Below, in pieces: positions 10,855 to 20,395 of a DNA stretch of 64,000 bases. The notes below the pieces were generated by a model. It ran no database searches. It was not told where the DNA came from and saw nothing but the letters and a program-made list of their open reading frames with translations. Source of the stretch: an uncultured Acidobacteriota bacterium (lineage in GTDB: Bacteria > Acidobacteriota > UBA6911); assembly GCA_963809485.1 (NCBI GenBank), contig CAWEJX010000007.1, positions 726,673 to 790,672 of the forward strand, read 5' to 3'. Positions within the stretch are counted from its first letter, which is position 1; each line of letters opens with the position of its first letter. The position numbers were made by a program, and so were the translations under genes.

Positions 10855-10975
10855 TTCAACGATTGAAGGTTGAACGTTAGCACGTTTACACGTTGAACGT
10901 TTGAACGTTGAACGTTAAAACGATTAGAGATTCCAACGTTCCAACGTTGAAACGTTCAAACGTTCAACGTTCAGC
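10855..10975. repeat. Family B AACGTT array (inverted bipartite)
   Basis: ttgaacgttag..ttgaacgtttgaacgttgaacgtt...aacgttccaacgtt..aaacgttcaaacgttcaacgttc; overlaps the wzx stop. Confidence 0.85.
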
Positions 10976-12418
10976 GTTCTTCCAATACTGTACCAGATCC
11001 CGCACCGTAATGGACCGGCATGCCAGCAGGGCGGTGCCGTAGAGAATCAGCAGAAGGGCTTTCAGCCCGAGGTCCCGCATCAGGGATCCCGTATGCACAT
11101 GGGGCGCCAGGATCACCACGGCGGCGGCGATCAGCACCGTTGCTGTCAGCTTCATGCGCTCGTAGGGAATCGGCAGAATGCGCTGCGAAAGCGCATACAG
11201 TCCCAGAAGGGCCGCCAGGTGCCCGAGGCCCGTGGCCACCGCCGCTCCCACGATTCCGTAAGGGGGAATCAGCAGGAAATTGAGCAACGTGTTCAGGGCG
11301 GCCGCCGCGCACATCGTGAAGGCAATCACCCCCGTCCGCCGGGCAATGTATATGCCTGTCTGCACCACGAAATACATCGAGCTGAACAGCGTGCCCATCG
11401 CCAGCGGGCCTATGCAGGGCGCGGCCCCGGACCAGTTCTTGTGCGTATAGGCATTGATAACCAGAAGCGCCTCGGGCGCAAACAGCGTCCCGGCAACCGC
11501 GATGGCGGCGGCAACGGCTGTGAACAACGTCAGCGTGCGTCCGTAAATTTTTTCCGATCCCTCCCTCCCGATGATGGAAAAGGCGAACGGCTGCCAGGCG
11601 TTCCGGAACGCCCCGATGAGAAGAGCCATCATGCCGACCGCGCCACTCGCGATTGCATACAGGCCGATGTCGTCCGCCGAAACCCAGTGCACGAGAATCG
11701 GCCGGTTGACAAAGCCGATCAGCCACAGGGCCGAACCGGAAACGACCAGCGGCAGCCCTATGCCCAGCAGTTCCCGCAGCCTGGCCCAGTCGGGAAGGGC
11801 GAATGTCTCCCTCCGGTTCAGGACCATGCCCGCAACGGCCGTGGCCAGGTTTCCCGCGATGAACCCGGTCAGCATGCCCGCGGCCCCCAACCTGAATACC
11901 AGGATCGCGGCGATGCCTATAAGCGATGCCGCCACCAGGTTGCCGATCATGAGCAGGTTGAAGGCGTGCACGCGCCGCTCCAGGCGCAGCACCACCATCT
12001 GCACCCCGTTGGCCATCATGCAGGGCATCGCGACCAGCGCCAGCCGCAGGTAGAGGACGTAGCGGGGATCCTGGTAGAGCCACAGGGCCAGGGGGCTCGA
12101 AACGGCCAGCAGGATGGCGACCGCGGCCAGCGTGAAAATCATTATCGCGGCAAAAACCGTCGCCACCAGGCGCCTGCGCTGCGCCGCGTTTTCATGTTCG
12201 TAGTAGAAGCGCGCTAAGGCCGTGTCGAGGCCGATGAAGAACACGACCGCAAGCAGGCTGGTTACGCTGAAGATGACGTCGAGCCGGCCGTACTCATCCT
12301 TGCTGAGAAGAATCGGATAGATCAGGGCAACGATGATGCCGAGGACACGGTTCACCGCGGCGCCTACGCCGTAGCCGACCACCTCGTTCACAAGGGTCCT
12401 CAGGCTGATCTGCGACAT
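10964..12418 (-). CDS. Oligosaccharide flippase (Wzx-like)
   Basis: Multi-TM 484 aa; LSKDEYG, GLDTALARFY, IGLYAIA, LLIPPYGIVGAAVAT. Confidence 0.88.
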   Translation of the reverse strand: MSQISLRTLVNEVVGYGVGAAVNRVLGIIVALIYPILLSKDEYGRLDVIFSVTSLLAVVFFIGLDTALARFYYEHENAAQRRRLVATVFAAIMIFTLAAVAILLAVSSPLALWLYQDPRYVLYLRLALVAMPCMMANGVQMVVLRLERRVHAFNLLMIGNLVAASLIGIAAILVFRLGAAGMLTGFIAGNLATAVAGMVLNRRETFALPDWARLRELLGIGLPLVVSGSALWLIGFVNRPILVHWVSADDIGLYAIASGAVGMMALLIGAFRNAWQPFAFSIIGREGSEKIYGRTLTLFTAVAAAIAVAGTLFAPEALLVINAYTHKNWSGAAPCIGPLAMGTLFSSMYFVVQTGIYIARRTGVIAFTMCAAAALNTLLNFLLIPPYGIVGAAVATGLGHLAALLGLYALSQRILPIPYERMKLTATVLIAAAVVILAPHVHTGSLMRDLGLKALLLILYGTALLACRSITVRDLVQYWKNAER

Positions 12419-12475
12419 CCATCCCCCGTCGATCCGCCGGCAATTGTACCCGATCCCATGCGCTGCCCAAAGCTG

Positions 12476-12558
12476 TAACGCTGACGGACGCTGACAAAAC
12501 CGCTGACGGACGCTGATAATTTTTATATTTATTTTTCAGGTCAGCGTAGTCAGCGTTA
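12476..12558. repeat. Family A palindromic repeat
   Basis: taacgctgacggacgctgacaaaaccgctgacggacgctgataatttttatattt...gtcagcgtagtcagcgtta. Confidence 0.88.
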
Positions 12559-12608
12559 CCAAAAGGGTTGATCTGATTTGAGCGAACCTTTATTCTCAAG
12601 GCTCGCTT

Positions 12609-13721
12609 ATGAGAGTGGTGCACGTTTTTAAAGACTGTTATCCGCCGACTACGGGGGGGATTGAGCAGCACATGAGCCTGCTGTGCCGCAGGCTTGCGCG
12701 GACCGTGGACGCGAGGATCCTGGCGCCCAGCCGCTCCCGGCGCCGGGTGGAAGAGGATATCGACGGCGTCCGCATCGTCCGCATCCCCGAGTTCGGGCGT
12801 TACGCTTCCGTGCCGCTCTGTCCCACGGCGCCCCTGGAATTGCGCCGCCTGCACCCGGACATCGTCCACCTGCATTTCCCGAACCCGATGGGGGATCTGT
12901 CCTACCTTGCCTCCGCACCGGGGAAACCTCTGGTTGTGACCTATCACGCAGACATCATCAAGCAGAAAGCCTTCCTCCCGCTCTATCGCCCGGTGTTGAA
13001 CCTGATCTTTAAGAAAGCTCGCAAAATTATCTTCAGCGCAGAGGAAAATATTCCGCTTTCCTCCGTACCGCCCGCGTGCCGGCACAAGTGCGCGGTGATT
13101 CCGTTCGGCATCGAGCCGGAAGCTTTTTTGCTGCGCGGCGGGGAAGGTGCCGAAGCCGAGGCGCTGCGCCAACAATGCGCCGGGCCGATTGTGCTCTTTG
13201 TCGGCGCCGCAAGGTATTACAAGGGACTCGATGTTCTGCTGAGGGCGATGGTCCCGTTGAAGGGCCGCCTGATCCTGGCGGGGCGCGACACCCAGAGCGG
13301 GTCTCTCGCCAGCCTGGCAGCCGGGCTGGGCGTTCAGGACAAGGTCGTTGCCTGCGGGGAAGTGTCCGAATCGCGCCTGCGCGTCCTGCTCAATGCGGCG
13401 GATATTTTTGTATTGCCTTCAATTGACCGCTGTGAGACATTCGGAATCGGTCAGCTCGAGGCTATGGCTTGCGCCAAGCCGGTGGTTTCCACGGACCTGC
13501 CCACCGGAGTCCGATCCGTGAACCGGCATGGAGTGACCGGCCTGGTGGTGCCTCCTGCTGATGCCGATGCGCTGTCGGGCGCCCTGAACCTGCTGCTGTC
13601 CGATCCCGGCCTCCGTGCCGAATTCGGCCGGAACGCACGCAGCCGGGTTGAGCTCGAGTTCAGCGCCGGGCGCATGGTGTCGAAAACGCTTGAGGTTTAT
13701 GGTGAAGTCCTCCACAGATAG
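12609..13721 (+). CDS. Glycosyltransferase family 4
   Basis: GGIEQH, HLHFPNP, YYKGLDVL, LPSIDRCETFGIGQLEAMAC. Confidence 0.92.
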   Translation: MRVVHVFKDCYPPTTGGIEQHMSLLCRRLARTVDARILAPSRSRRRVEEDIDGVRIVRIPEFGRYASVPLCPTAPLELRRLHPDIVHLHFPNPMGDLSYLASAPGKPLVVTYHADIIKQKAFLPLYRPVLNLIFKKARKIIFSAEENIPLSSVPPACRHKCAVIPFGIEPEAFLLRGGEGAEAEALRQQCAGPIVLFVGAARYYKGLDVLLRAMVPLKGRLILAGRDTQSGSLASLAAGLGVQDKVVACGEVSESRLRVLLNAADIFVLPSIDRCETFGIGQLEAMACAKPVVSTDLPTGVRSVNRHGVTGLVVPPADADALSGALNLLLSDPGLRAEFGRNARSRVELEFSAGRMVSKTLEVYGEVLHR

Positions 13722-14355
13722 CCAGAAATTCCGGCCGGACGGCGGGGAATTTCTCAAACGCTGCTTCGACGTTCTCCTATCCGGGTTCGGTCTGATTGCG
13801 TCCTCCCCCCTCTGGGCGCTGATAAGCGCCGCCATCGTCCTCGAGGACGGGCTGCCGGTCTTTTTCCGTCAGAGCCGCTGGGGAAAAGGCGGGAGCCATT
13901 TCCCCGCGCTCAAGTTCCGCACCATGTGGAAGGGCTCCGAAAAGGAGCGCTCGGTGCAGGCGGGACATTCCGATCCCCGCATAACCCGCGTCGGGCGAGT
14001 GCTGCGCGCGTGCGCCATGGATGAGCTTCCCCAGCTGTGGAACATCTTCCGGGGCGACATGAGTTTCGTCGGGCCGCGCGCCCTGCCGATCAACGAAATA
14101 CAGTCCGCCGAAGCAGGCGGCGATTTGCCGGACGAGGCGATTGCGGGTTTCAAGGAACGTCTCGCAGTCCGTCCCGGTTTGACGGGGATTGCGCAGATTT
14201 ATGCGGACCGCGACACGACGCGCGCCCGCAAGTTCCGTTACGACCTGTTTTACATAAGCCGCCGCAATTTCTGGCTGGACCTCCGGCTCATCCTCCTCTC
14301 CTTTTATATAAGTTTCAGGGGCAGGTGGGAGGTGAGGGGGGAGAAACTGAAATAA
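13699..14355 (+). CDS. Bacterial sugar transferase (initiating phosphoglycosyltransferase)
   Basis: LKRCFD, LKFRTM, DPRITRVG, DELPQLWNIFRGDMSFVGPR, RPGLTG. Confidence 0.92.
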   Translation: MVKSSTDSQKFRPDGGEFLKRCFDVLLSGFGLIASSPLWALISAAIVLEDGLPVFFRQSRWGKGGSHFPALKFRTMWKGSEKERSVQAGHSDPRITRVGRVLRACAMDELPQLWNIFRGDMSFVGPRALPINEIQSAEAGGDLPDEAIAGFKERLAVRPGLTGIAQIYADRDTTRARKFRYDLFYISRRNFWLDLRLILLSFYISFRGRWEVRGEKLK

Positions 14356-14684
14356 ACGTTGAACGTTGAACGTGGAACGTTGAACGTTGAACGTTGAACG
14401 TTGAAAAACACGGCCGGGTTGGCGGGGATGTTCGGGTTGGGTGTCAATGGAAGTGGAACGTTGAACGTTTGAACGTTGAACGTTGAACGTTGAAAAACAG
14501 GGCCGGGTTGACGGGGATGTTCGGGTTGGGTGTCAATGGAAGTGGAACGTTGAACGTTTGAACGTTGAACGTTGAAAAACACGGCCGGGTTGGCGGGGAT
14601 GTGCGGATTGGGTGTCAATGGACGTGAAACGTTGAACGTGTAAACGTGTAAACGTTCCAACGTGTAAACGTGCAAACGTTCAAC
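14356..14684. repeat. Composite tandem repeat: three ~56-bp G-rich cores separated by family B arrays
   Basis: Core ttgaaaaacacggccgggttggcggggatgttcgggttgggtgtcaatgg at ~14401, ~14490 and ~14572. Confidence 0.92.
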
Positions 14685-14688
14685 GTCT

Positions 14689-15846
14689 TTGGAGAGTGAT
14701 TTGAGAGACGTAATCGTTATCGGGGGCGGACCGGCGGGGCTGCACGCAGCCCGTTGCCTCGCAGCCAACGGCTATGATGTCGAAGTGCTCGAGGAGCACA
14801 TGTCGGCCGGTGTGCCCGTGCATTGCACCGGCATCATCGCTCCGGAAGTCTTCGATGAATTTGCCGTCCCCCGGTCTTCCATCCTCAACGATCTGCGCCG
14901 GGTGCGCATCCACTCGCCCGGAGGGCAGGTCGTTCAGTATCTCACCGAGCGGGTGGAAGCCGTCGTCGTCGACCGCCGCCTGTTTGACCGCAGCCTCCGC
15001 GACCTGGCCGCAGCGTCGGGCGCACAGATTTCCATGGGCAGCAGGGTGACGGGAGTCGAAACCGGGGAAAAGTTCGCGGCCGTGCGCTGCGCCGGGGGAG
15101 AGGAGCGTAAGGCCCGCGTCTGCGTGCTTGCCACAGGGGCTGCCTACGCGCTGCACCGCGACCTGGGCCTGGGATTCCCGCCGCTGTTTCTCAATTGCGC
15201 GCAGGCCGAATTGCCCGCCGATCTCACACCGGATGTCGAAATCCACACCGGCCAGGCGATCGCGCCCAAAGGCTTCGCCTGGCTTGTTCCTGTGCGGAGA
15301 AACGCGGGACAGCACTCCCGCGTGGGATTGATGTGCGAAGGGAATGCCGGCGCATATTTCGAACAGCTCCTGCTCCGCTTGAAGCGTCTCGATCCCCAAG
15401 CAGCCCGCGACGTAAAGCCGCGCTTGGGCATGCTTCCCCTGGCTCCCATACGCAAAACCTACGGAAACCGCTTTCTGGTCGCCGGCGACGCTGCCGGACT
15501 GGTGAAGCCCACCACCGGTGGAGGCATTTTCTACGGCATGATCAGCGCCGATATCGCCGCCGCAGTCCTGTCCGAGGCGCTGCGCCTCGACCGTCTCGAC
15601 GACAACCGGCTCTCGCGCTACCAGGACCTGTGGAAAAGCCGCCTCATGGAAGAGATCGAAGCGCAACTGACGCTGCGCCTGCTCATGCAGAAATTGACCG
15701 ACAGCGAAATGGAGGACATCTTCGACCTGTGGGCGACCGACGGTCTGATGCCCCTCATCCGCAAAACCGTCACCTTCAACCATTACCGCAAAGTCATCGC
15801 TGCGGTGACCAGGTATCCGGCGATGCGGAAGATACTATTTCATTAA
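14689..15846 (+). CDS. Geranylgeranyl reductase family FAD-dependent oxidoreductase
   Basis: DVIVIGGGPAG, GVPVHCTG, VAGDAAGLVKPTTGGGIFYG. Confidence 0.88.
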   Translation: MESDLRDVIVIGGGPAGLHAARCLAANGYDVEVLEEHMSAGVPVHCTGIIAPEVFDEFAVPRSSILNDLRRVRIHSPGGQVVQYLTERVEAVVVDRRLFDRSLRDLAAASGAQISMGSRVTGVETGEKFAAVRCAGGEERKARVCVLATGAAYALHRDLGLGFPPLFLNCAQAELPADLTPDVEIHTGQAIAPKGFAWLVPVRRNAGQHSRVGLMCEGNAGAYFEQLLLRLKRLDPQAARDVKPRLGMLPLAPIRKTYGNRFLVAGDAAGLVKPTTGGGIFYGMISADIAAAVLSEALRLDRLDDNRLSRYQDLWKSRLMEEIEAQLTLRLLMQKLTDSEMEDIFDLWATDGLMPLIRKTVTFNHYRKVIAAVTRYPAMRKILFH

Positions 15847-15848
15847 CG

Positions 15849-15930
15849 TAACGCGGACATACGCTGACAGGACGCCGACGAACGCCGAAAAAACATATAT
15901 AAAAATTTTGTTCAGCGTGGGTCGGCGTTC
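15849..15930. repeat. Family A palindromic repeat
   Basis: taacgcggacatacgctgacaggacgccgacgaacgccgaaaaaacatatataaaaattttgttcagcgtgggtcggcgtt. Confidence 0.85.
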
Positions 15931-15939
15931 AACCTACAT

Positions 15940-18900
15940 ATGCACTCGAAACTGGGGATGTGGTGCGGGGCGTTGATGGAGGCGGCGTGGCTCGCTGCGG
16001 CTGCCGCCACACCCCTGTTTTTCAATATCTCCTCAAGCCAGGTCTTTGAGCCGGACAAAATGCTCGTGCTCAAGTTCTTCGCCATCCTCTCCGGCGCCGC
16101 CTGCGTTGTGAAAATAGCGGACTCGGCCCGGCAGCGCCGCGTCGAGGAAGAAATGCCCCACGGCCGGATTTTATCCAATCCCATCGCGATCGCCGTGATC
16201 TGCCTCGCCGCAGTCTGGACCCTGAGCTCAATCTTCTCCATCCTGCCGGCGCGCAGCTGGCAGGGTTCTTTTGAGCGCGCCCAGGGGACTTTCGCCCTCT
16301 ATGCCTACGTCATTCTATTTCTTGTCGTGCTGTTCGAACTGCGGTCCGCGGCGCAGCTGAGACGTCTGCAATTTGCTTTTATTTTACCTGCTTTCCCTAT
16401 CAGTGCTTATGCAATACTTCAATATTTAGGATCCGATCCGATGCCCTGGAGCAATCCGGTCGCAGGCCGGTCTTCGGCAAGCATGGGGAATCCGATTTTC
16501 CTCGGCGCGTACCTGATCCTGGTGATTCCCCTGACCGTCAGCGCAATCGCGGATGCGGCCGGCATGATACGGTCAGGCGGCAAAAAGCCCGGGAAAATCT
16601 TTACGCTTTGCTGCAGCGCGGGCCTGGCGCTCCAGCTCATTGCGCTTCTGTGCACCCAGAGCCGGGGACCGGTGATGGGTCTGGCGGCCGCCGCTTATCT
16701 GTGCCTTTTCGTTCTCCTTGCCATGAAACGCAATGCACGCAAGGCGCCTTCGCTGAAATGGACCGGAGCCGCCGCCCTGGCAACCGCCGCGCCTGTGCTC
16801 GTGTTGGCCGCAGCATGGTTTATGGGAGGAACGAAGGCGATTTCCTCTCTCGGCCGCGAGGCCCAGGAGGCCGAGGCGACGGTCAGCGTGCGCGTTTGCC
16901 TGTGGCAGACGGCGGTCAGCGCGCTGCGCTCCCCTTTTTCATCCTCCTCTCCGTCCGGCGTCGCGCCGCCTCCATTTCACTCCCTGCGGCCCGTAATCGG
17001 TTACGGTCCCGAATGCATCGTATATCCGGCCAGCCTGAATGCTGTGCCCGGGCTGGTGAAACTTCACGCGGGCCAAACCGTTGACCGCTTGCACAATGAA
17101 ATATTCGACAGCCTGATATCAACCGGGCTCTTGGGCGCAATTGCGATCCTCTTCCTGTTCGCGGCTGCTTTTTACTGTGCGCTTCGGTACCTGGGTTTTC
17201 CCTGCAGCGGCGCCCGCAGGTTTTTATTTCCGGTTTTCGCCGTTGCCGGCATTGTCGCCGGGGTTGTGTTGCCCTGGGCGTTGGGCGCGCCTCATTTTGC
17301 GGGCATAGGAACCCAGGTGGGGCTGCTGGCCGGTGTGTTTGCGTTTGCAGCCTGGAGCTCATTCCGCAACCTGATCACGGGTTCAGCCGGCAGCCGCAGG
17401 ACTCTGGTGCTCTGCCTGCTGGCCGCCCTCACGGCTCATTTCGTTGAAACCGGCGTGGGCATCGCGGTCACTCCGACCCGCACCTGCCTTTTCCTGGCGC
17501 TCGCCGTTCTGGCTGTCCTGACGTCCCGCGAGCTTAAGGGCGATGAGGCGGTGAAACGCCGGGCTTCCAGGGCGGCGCGCTGGTCCCGGAATCCTTTGCT
17601 GCCGATGGCGGCCGCGGCCTGCATTGTCCTTCTGCTCGAAGCCTGGTGCTTCGTCATAAACACCGGGGACGAGCAGAGCGCCCTGTCGCTGTTTCTGCAG
17701 ACGTGGTTCAGCCGTCCTCCCGGGAGCAGATTCCTTCTTCCCGGCACTCTGACTCTGCTGGTGCTTACGGTCTTCGGCAGTCTCGGCCTGATGGCCGGTG
17801 AAAACCCGCGCCTCGAAGCGCTGCGCCTCAAATTCCGGCAGGCTGCGGTCGCGCCCACACTCTCCATGATTTTCACCTGGCTGGCCGGCGGCCTGCTTGC
17901 GGCAGTCTTCTGGACGGCTCTGGATGCGGACGCCGCCACGCCGCTGCACGTGTCCGCGCGCGCGGAAGCGCGCATGACCTATTTGCTCTGCGCCCTTCTG
18001 CTGCTGTGGATTGGGGCCGCGCTCAGCCTGATCGCCGCAGCTGCGGACGACTCGCGCAATCCCGCGTCCTCCGCCGGCGGCATGCGCAGGCTGTGGCCCG
18101 CACTGCTGCTGGCCATTTGCGCCCTGGCTGCAATCTCCGAACTGATCCTCCGGCCCGCCCGGTCGGACATCGCGCGGCGCATCGCCTCGATTTGTGAAGC
18201 TTCCGGAAATTACCCCGGCGCGGCTCAGGTCTACGAAAGAGCGGTTGAATTGTCGCCGCGCACGGTTGCGAATCACCTGTCGCTCGGGCTCGCCCGGAGC
18301 CGGGCTGCAATGGCCGAAACAGGCCGGGGCAGGGATGCGCATTATGATGCCGCCGCGCAATCCTACGCCCGGGCGCTGGAGCTCAATCCGCTGGATCCGG
18401 CTGCGCATAGGGCCGCGGGATCTTTTTACGCCCAGACGGGCGAAAGCCTGCCCGACCCATCGGAAAGGGCCGCGCGGATTCGCAGAGCCCTGCCGTACTT
18501 TGAACAGGCCACGCGCCTGGCGCCCGGTTATCCCGACGCCTATGCAGAATTGGGCCGCTGCCATTTTCTGCTCGGGGAAGAGGCTAAGGCCGGGGAGCTA
18601 TACAACAAGGCCCTCCAGCTGAACCCGCTGTTTTCACGCACCCACATGTTCATTGGGGAGATGCATTACCGGCGCAAAAACTACCGGCAGGCCCTGGATA
18701 GTTTCCTGCAGGCATCGCAGAATGACTTGCAGAATCTCGATGCGAGCAAGAGTGCCGCAGCCATGCTGGTGCTGCTCGGCCGCAGGCAGGAAGCGGTTGA
18801 GATTTATCTGAAAGCGCTGGCAATATGGCCGAAGGACCCGGACCTCCTGAGGCGGCTGGCTTCGCTTTACTTCAGCCTGGACGACTACAGCTCCGGCGTC

Positions 18901-18996
18901 ACCTATGCCCGCCGCGCCCACGCCGCCCTCCCGCCCAACGCCGCCGGCAGCTTCGACTCTTTTATCGAGCAGCTTCGTAACGCGGACCTACGCTGA
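15940..18996 (+). CDS. O-antigen ligase-like membrane protein with C-terminal TPR repeats
   Basis: SMGNPIFLGAYL, TQSRG, GYGPE, DRLHNEIFD; TPR-like repeats after ~aa 760; C-terminus RNADLR is encoded by repeat A. Confidence 0.82.
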   Translation: MHSKLGMWCGALMEAAWLAAAAATPLFFNISSSQVFEPDKMLVLKFFAILSGAACVVKIADSARQRRVEEEMPHGRILSNPIAIAVICLAAVWTLSSIFSILPARSWQGSFERAQGTFALYAYVILFLVVLFELRSAAQLRRLQFAFILPAFPISAYAILQYLGSDPMPWSNPVAGRSSASMGNPIFLGAYLILVIPLTVSAIADAAGMIRSGGKKPGKIFTLCCSAGLALQLIALLCTQSRGPVMGLAAAAYLCLFVLLAMKRNARKAPSLKWTGAAALATAAPVLVLAAAWFMGGTKAISSLGREAQEAEATVSVRVCLWQTAVSALRSPFSSSSPSGVAPPPFHSLRPVIGYGPECIVYPASLNAVPGLVKLHAGQTVDRLHNEIFDSLISTGLLGAIAILFLFAAAFYCALRYLGFPCSGARRFLFPVFAVAGIVAGVVLPWALGAPHFAGIGTQVGLLAGVFAFAAWSSFRNLITGSAGSRRTLVLCLLAALTAHFVETGVGIAVTPTRTCLFLALAVLAVLTSRELKGDEAVKRRASRAARWSRNPLLPMAAAACIVLLLEAWCFVINTGDEQSALSLFLQTWFSRPPGSRFLLPGTLTLLVLTVFGSLGLMAGENPRLEALRLKFRQAAVAPTLSMIFTWLAGGLLAAVFWTALDADAATPLHVSARAEARMTYLLCALLLLWIGAALSLIAAAADDSRNPASSAGGMRRLWPALLLAICALAAISELILRPARSDIARRIASICEASGNYPGAAQVYERAVELSPRTVANHLSLGLARSRAAMAETGRGRDAHYDAAAQSYARALELNPLDPAAHRAAGSFYAQTGESLPDPSERAARIRRALPYFEQATRLAPGYPDAYAELGRCHFLLGEEAKAGELYNKALQLNPLFSRTHMFIGEMHYRRKNYRQALDSFLQASQNDLQNLDASKSAAAMLVLLGRRQEAVEIYLKALAIWPKDPDLLRRLASLYFSLDDYSSGVTYARRAHAALPPNAAGSFDSFIEQLRNADLR

Positions 18997-19054
18997 AAAA
19001 ATATAAATAAATGATCAGCGTGCGTCGGCGTTTTATCAGCGTAAGTCAGCGTTA
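18978..19054. repeat. Family A palindromic repeat
   Basis: taacgcggacctacgctgaaaaaatataaataaatgatcagcgtgcgtcggcg...gtcagcgttaa. Confidence 0.88.
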
Positions 19055-19058
19055 AAGT

Positions 19059-19625
19059 CTATTTAGCTTCTTTCGGGGCCTGCACATTGTCGGGAGGGAT
19101 GTCGGCGTGGACGACGCGGCGCAGGAATTTCCAGCGGCCGTTTTCCTTCACGAAAGTATCCTCGTAGTGCCCGAGGTAGACGGGTTGCGGGCGCCCGCCT
19201 TCGCCCTGCACCACGAACATCCACTTCGTCGTCCCCGAAGCCCGGTCCCCGTCAAGGTCGAAAATCTGGTTGGTGAATACGTGGAAGTTGGGCGGCCCGG
19301 GTTTCCCCGTGTCCCTGCCGATCGAATCTTCCATCAGCTTGCGTATGGCCTGCGGGCCTTTGGCGCTGCCCATGCCCCCGACCCATTCGCCATCCTTCTC
19401 GGCGTAAAGCGCGGAAAAGGCCACCCAGTCCCTCTTGTCCAGATAGCGTCCGTAATCCATCGTCAACTGCCGTATCTCCTCGCGGTCCTCCAGGGCCTGG
19501 ATGCGCTTGCCGGCGGCGTCCTGCGCTTCTGTGGAAGGGGCCCGGTTGCAGCCCGAGACCATAGTGAACGCGAGGGCTGCGGCGATGCAGCCTGCCAATG
19601 CTCTCAGTAGCATACGTTTTTGCAT
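19059..19625 (-). CDS. SnoaL/NTF2-like family protein, probable lipoprotein
   Basis: Lipobox MVSG-C; LEDREEIRQL..YGRYLD; GHYEDTFVKENGRWKFLRR. Confidence 0.82.
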   Translation of the reverse strand: MQKRMLLRALAGCIAAALAFTMVSGCNRAPSTEAQDAAGKRIQALEDREEIRQLTMDYGRYLDKRDWVAFSALYAEKDGEWVGGMGSAKGPQAIRKLMEDSIGRDTGKPGPPNFHVFTNQIFDLDGDRASGTTKWMFVVQGEGGRPQPVYLGHYEDTFVKENGRWKFLRRVVHADIPPDNVQAPKEAK

Positions 19626-19665
19626 ATGGGTCAACCTCGCTATGGATGCCCGAGTATACCACTTC

Positions 19666-19770
19666 ACGCTGACGTACGCGGGCAAAACGCTGACTTACGC
19701 TGACAAAAAAATATATATATATTTTTTTAGTCGGCGTGAGTCGGCGTCCTGTCAGCGTACGTCAGCGTTA
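19666..19770. repeat. Family A palindromic repeat
   Basis: acgctgacgtacgcg..aaaacgctgacttacgctgacaaaaaaatatatatatattttttt..gtcagcgtacgtcagcgttaa. Confidence 0.92.
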
Positions 19771-20344
19771 ATCTTATGTCGGTGGCGAGCATGCCGGCTT
19801 TGCGGGCGGCTTCGAGGCCGAGGTCGCCGTCTTCGAACACCTGGCATAATTCCGGGGCGACGCCGATTTGCCGGGCGGCTTCCAGGAAAATTTCGGGCGA
19901 GGGCTTGGGCTGAATGTCGTCGTCGGCCGTCACGATAGCCTGGAAGCAGTCCTGAATGCCCAGGGCCCGTAGCTCGAGATCGACGTTGTCCCGTACGCCT
20001 CCCGATGCGACGGCCATGGGGAGGATGCCGCGGTACCTCCTCACGACATCTATTACGTGCGGGATGGGTTCGAATCCGCCGGGGTGCGCGCGAAAAAAGG
20101 CGTGCTTGGCCCTCACGACTTCAGCAGGATCGAGCGAAACTCCGTAGTGCCTGTTGTAATGGCCGACGATCACCTCCTCCGGCATCCCTTTTTTGGGAAT
20201 AAAAAATTCCGGATCCCACTTTCCCCCGTGCGACGTAATGGTGTGTTCCCACGCGCTCATGTGAAGCGGCATGGAATCCACCAGCGTCCCGTCGCAGTCG
20301 AAGATGAGCCCCCTAATGTATTCCGGCACTGCAATTCTGCACAT
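19727..20344 (-). CDS. HAD family phosphatase (YqaB/beta-PGM-like)
   Basis: FDCDGTLVDS, KPSPEIF, FEDGDLG; tail [13 protein letters not shown] derives from repeat A. Confidence 0.9.
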   Translation of the reverse strand: MCRIAVPEYIRGLIFDCDGTLVDSMPLHMSAWEHTITSHGGKWDPEFFIPKKGMPEEVIVGHYNRHYGVSLDPAEVVRAKHAFFRAHPGGFEPIPHVIDVVRRYRGILPMAVASGGVRDNVDLELRALGIQDCFQAIVTADDDIQPKPSPEIFLEAARQIGVAPELCQVFEDGDLGLEAARKAGMLATDIRLTLTYADRTPTHAD

Positions 20345-20359
20345 GATTTTTGTTCTCTC

Positions 20360-20391
20360 AACTGGAAACTGGGAACTGGAAACTGGGAACT
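20360..20391. repeat. 7-bp periodic microrepeat (aactggR)
   Basis: aactggaaactgggaactggaaactgggaact. Confidence 0.6.
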
Positions 20392-20395
20392 CTAT

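Noticed and set aside
14356-14684. CRISPR array
   Set aside because: The putative spacers are near-identical to each other, the short units vary in number, and there are no cas genes.
14304-14768. Short ORFs rich in NVQRS, TLTYAD or SAYVS (also 49947, 51100, 58345, 62441)
   Set aside because: They are translations of repeat families A and B, not genes.
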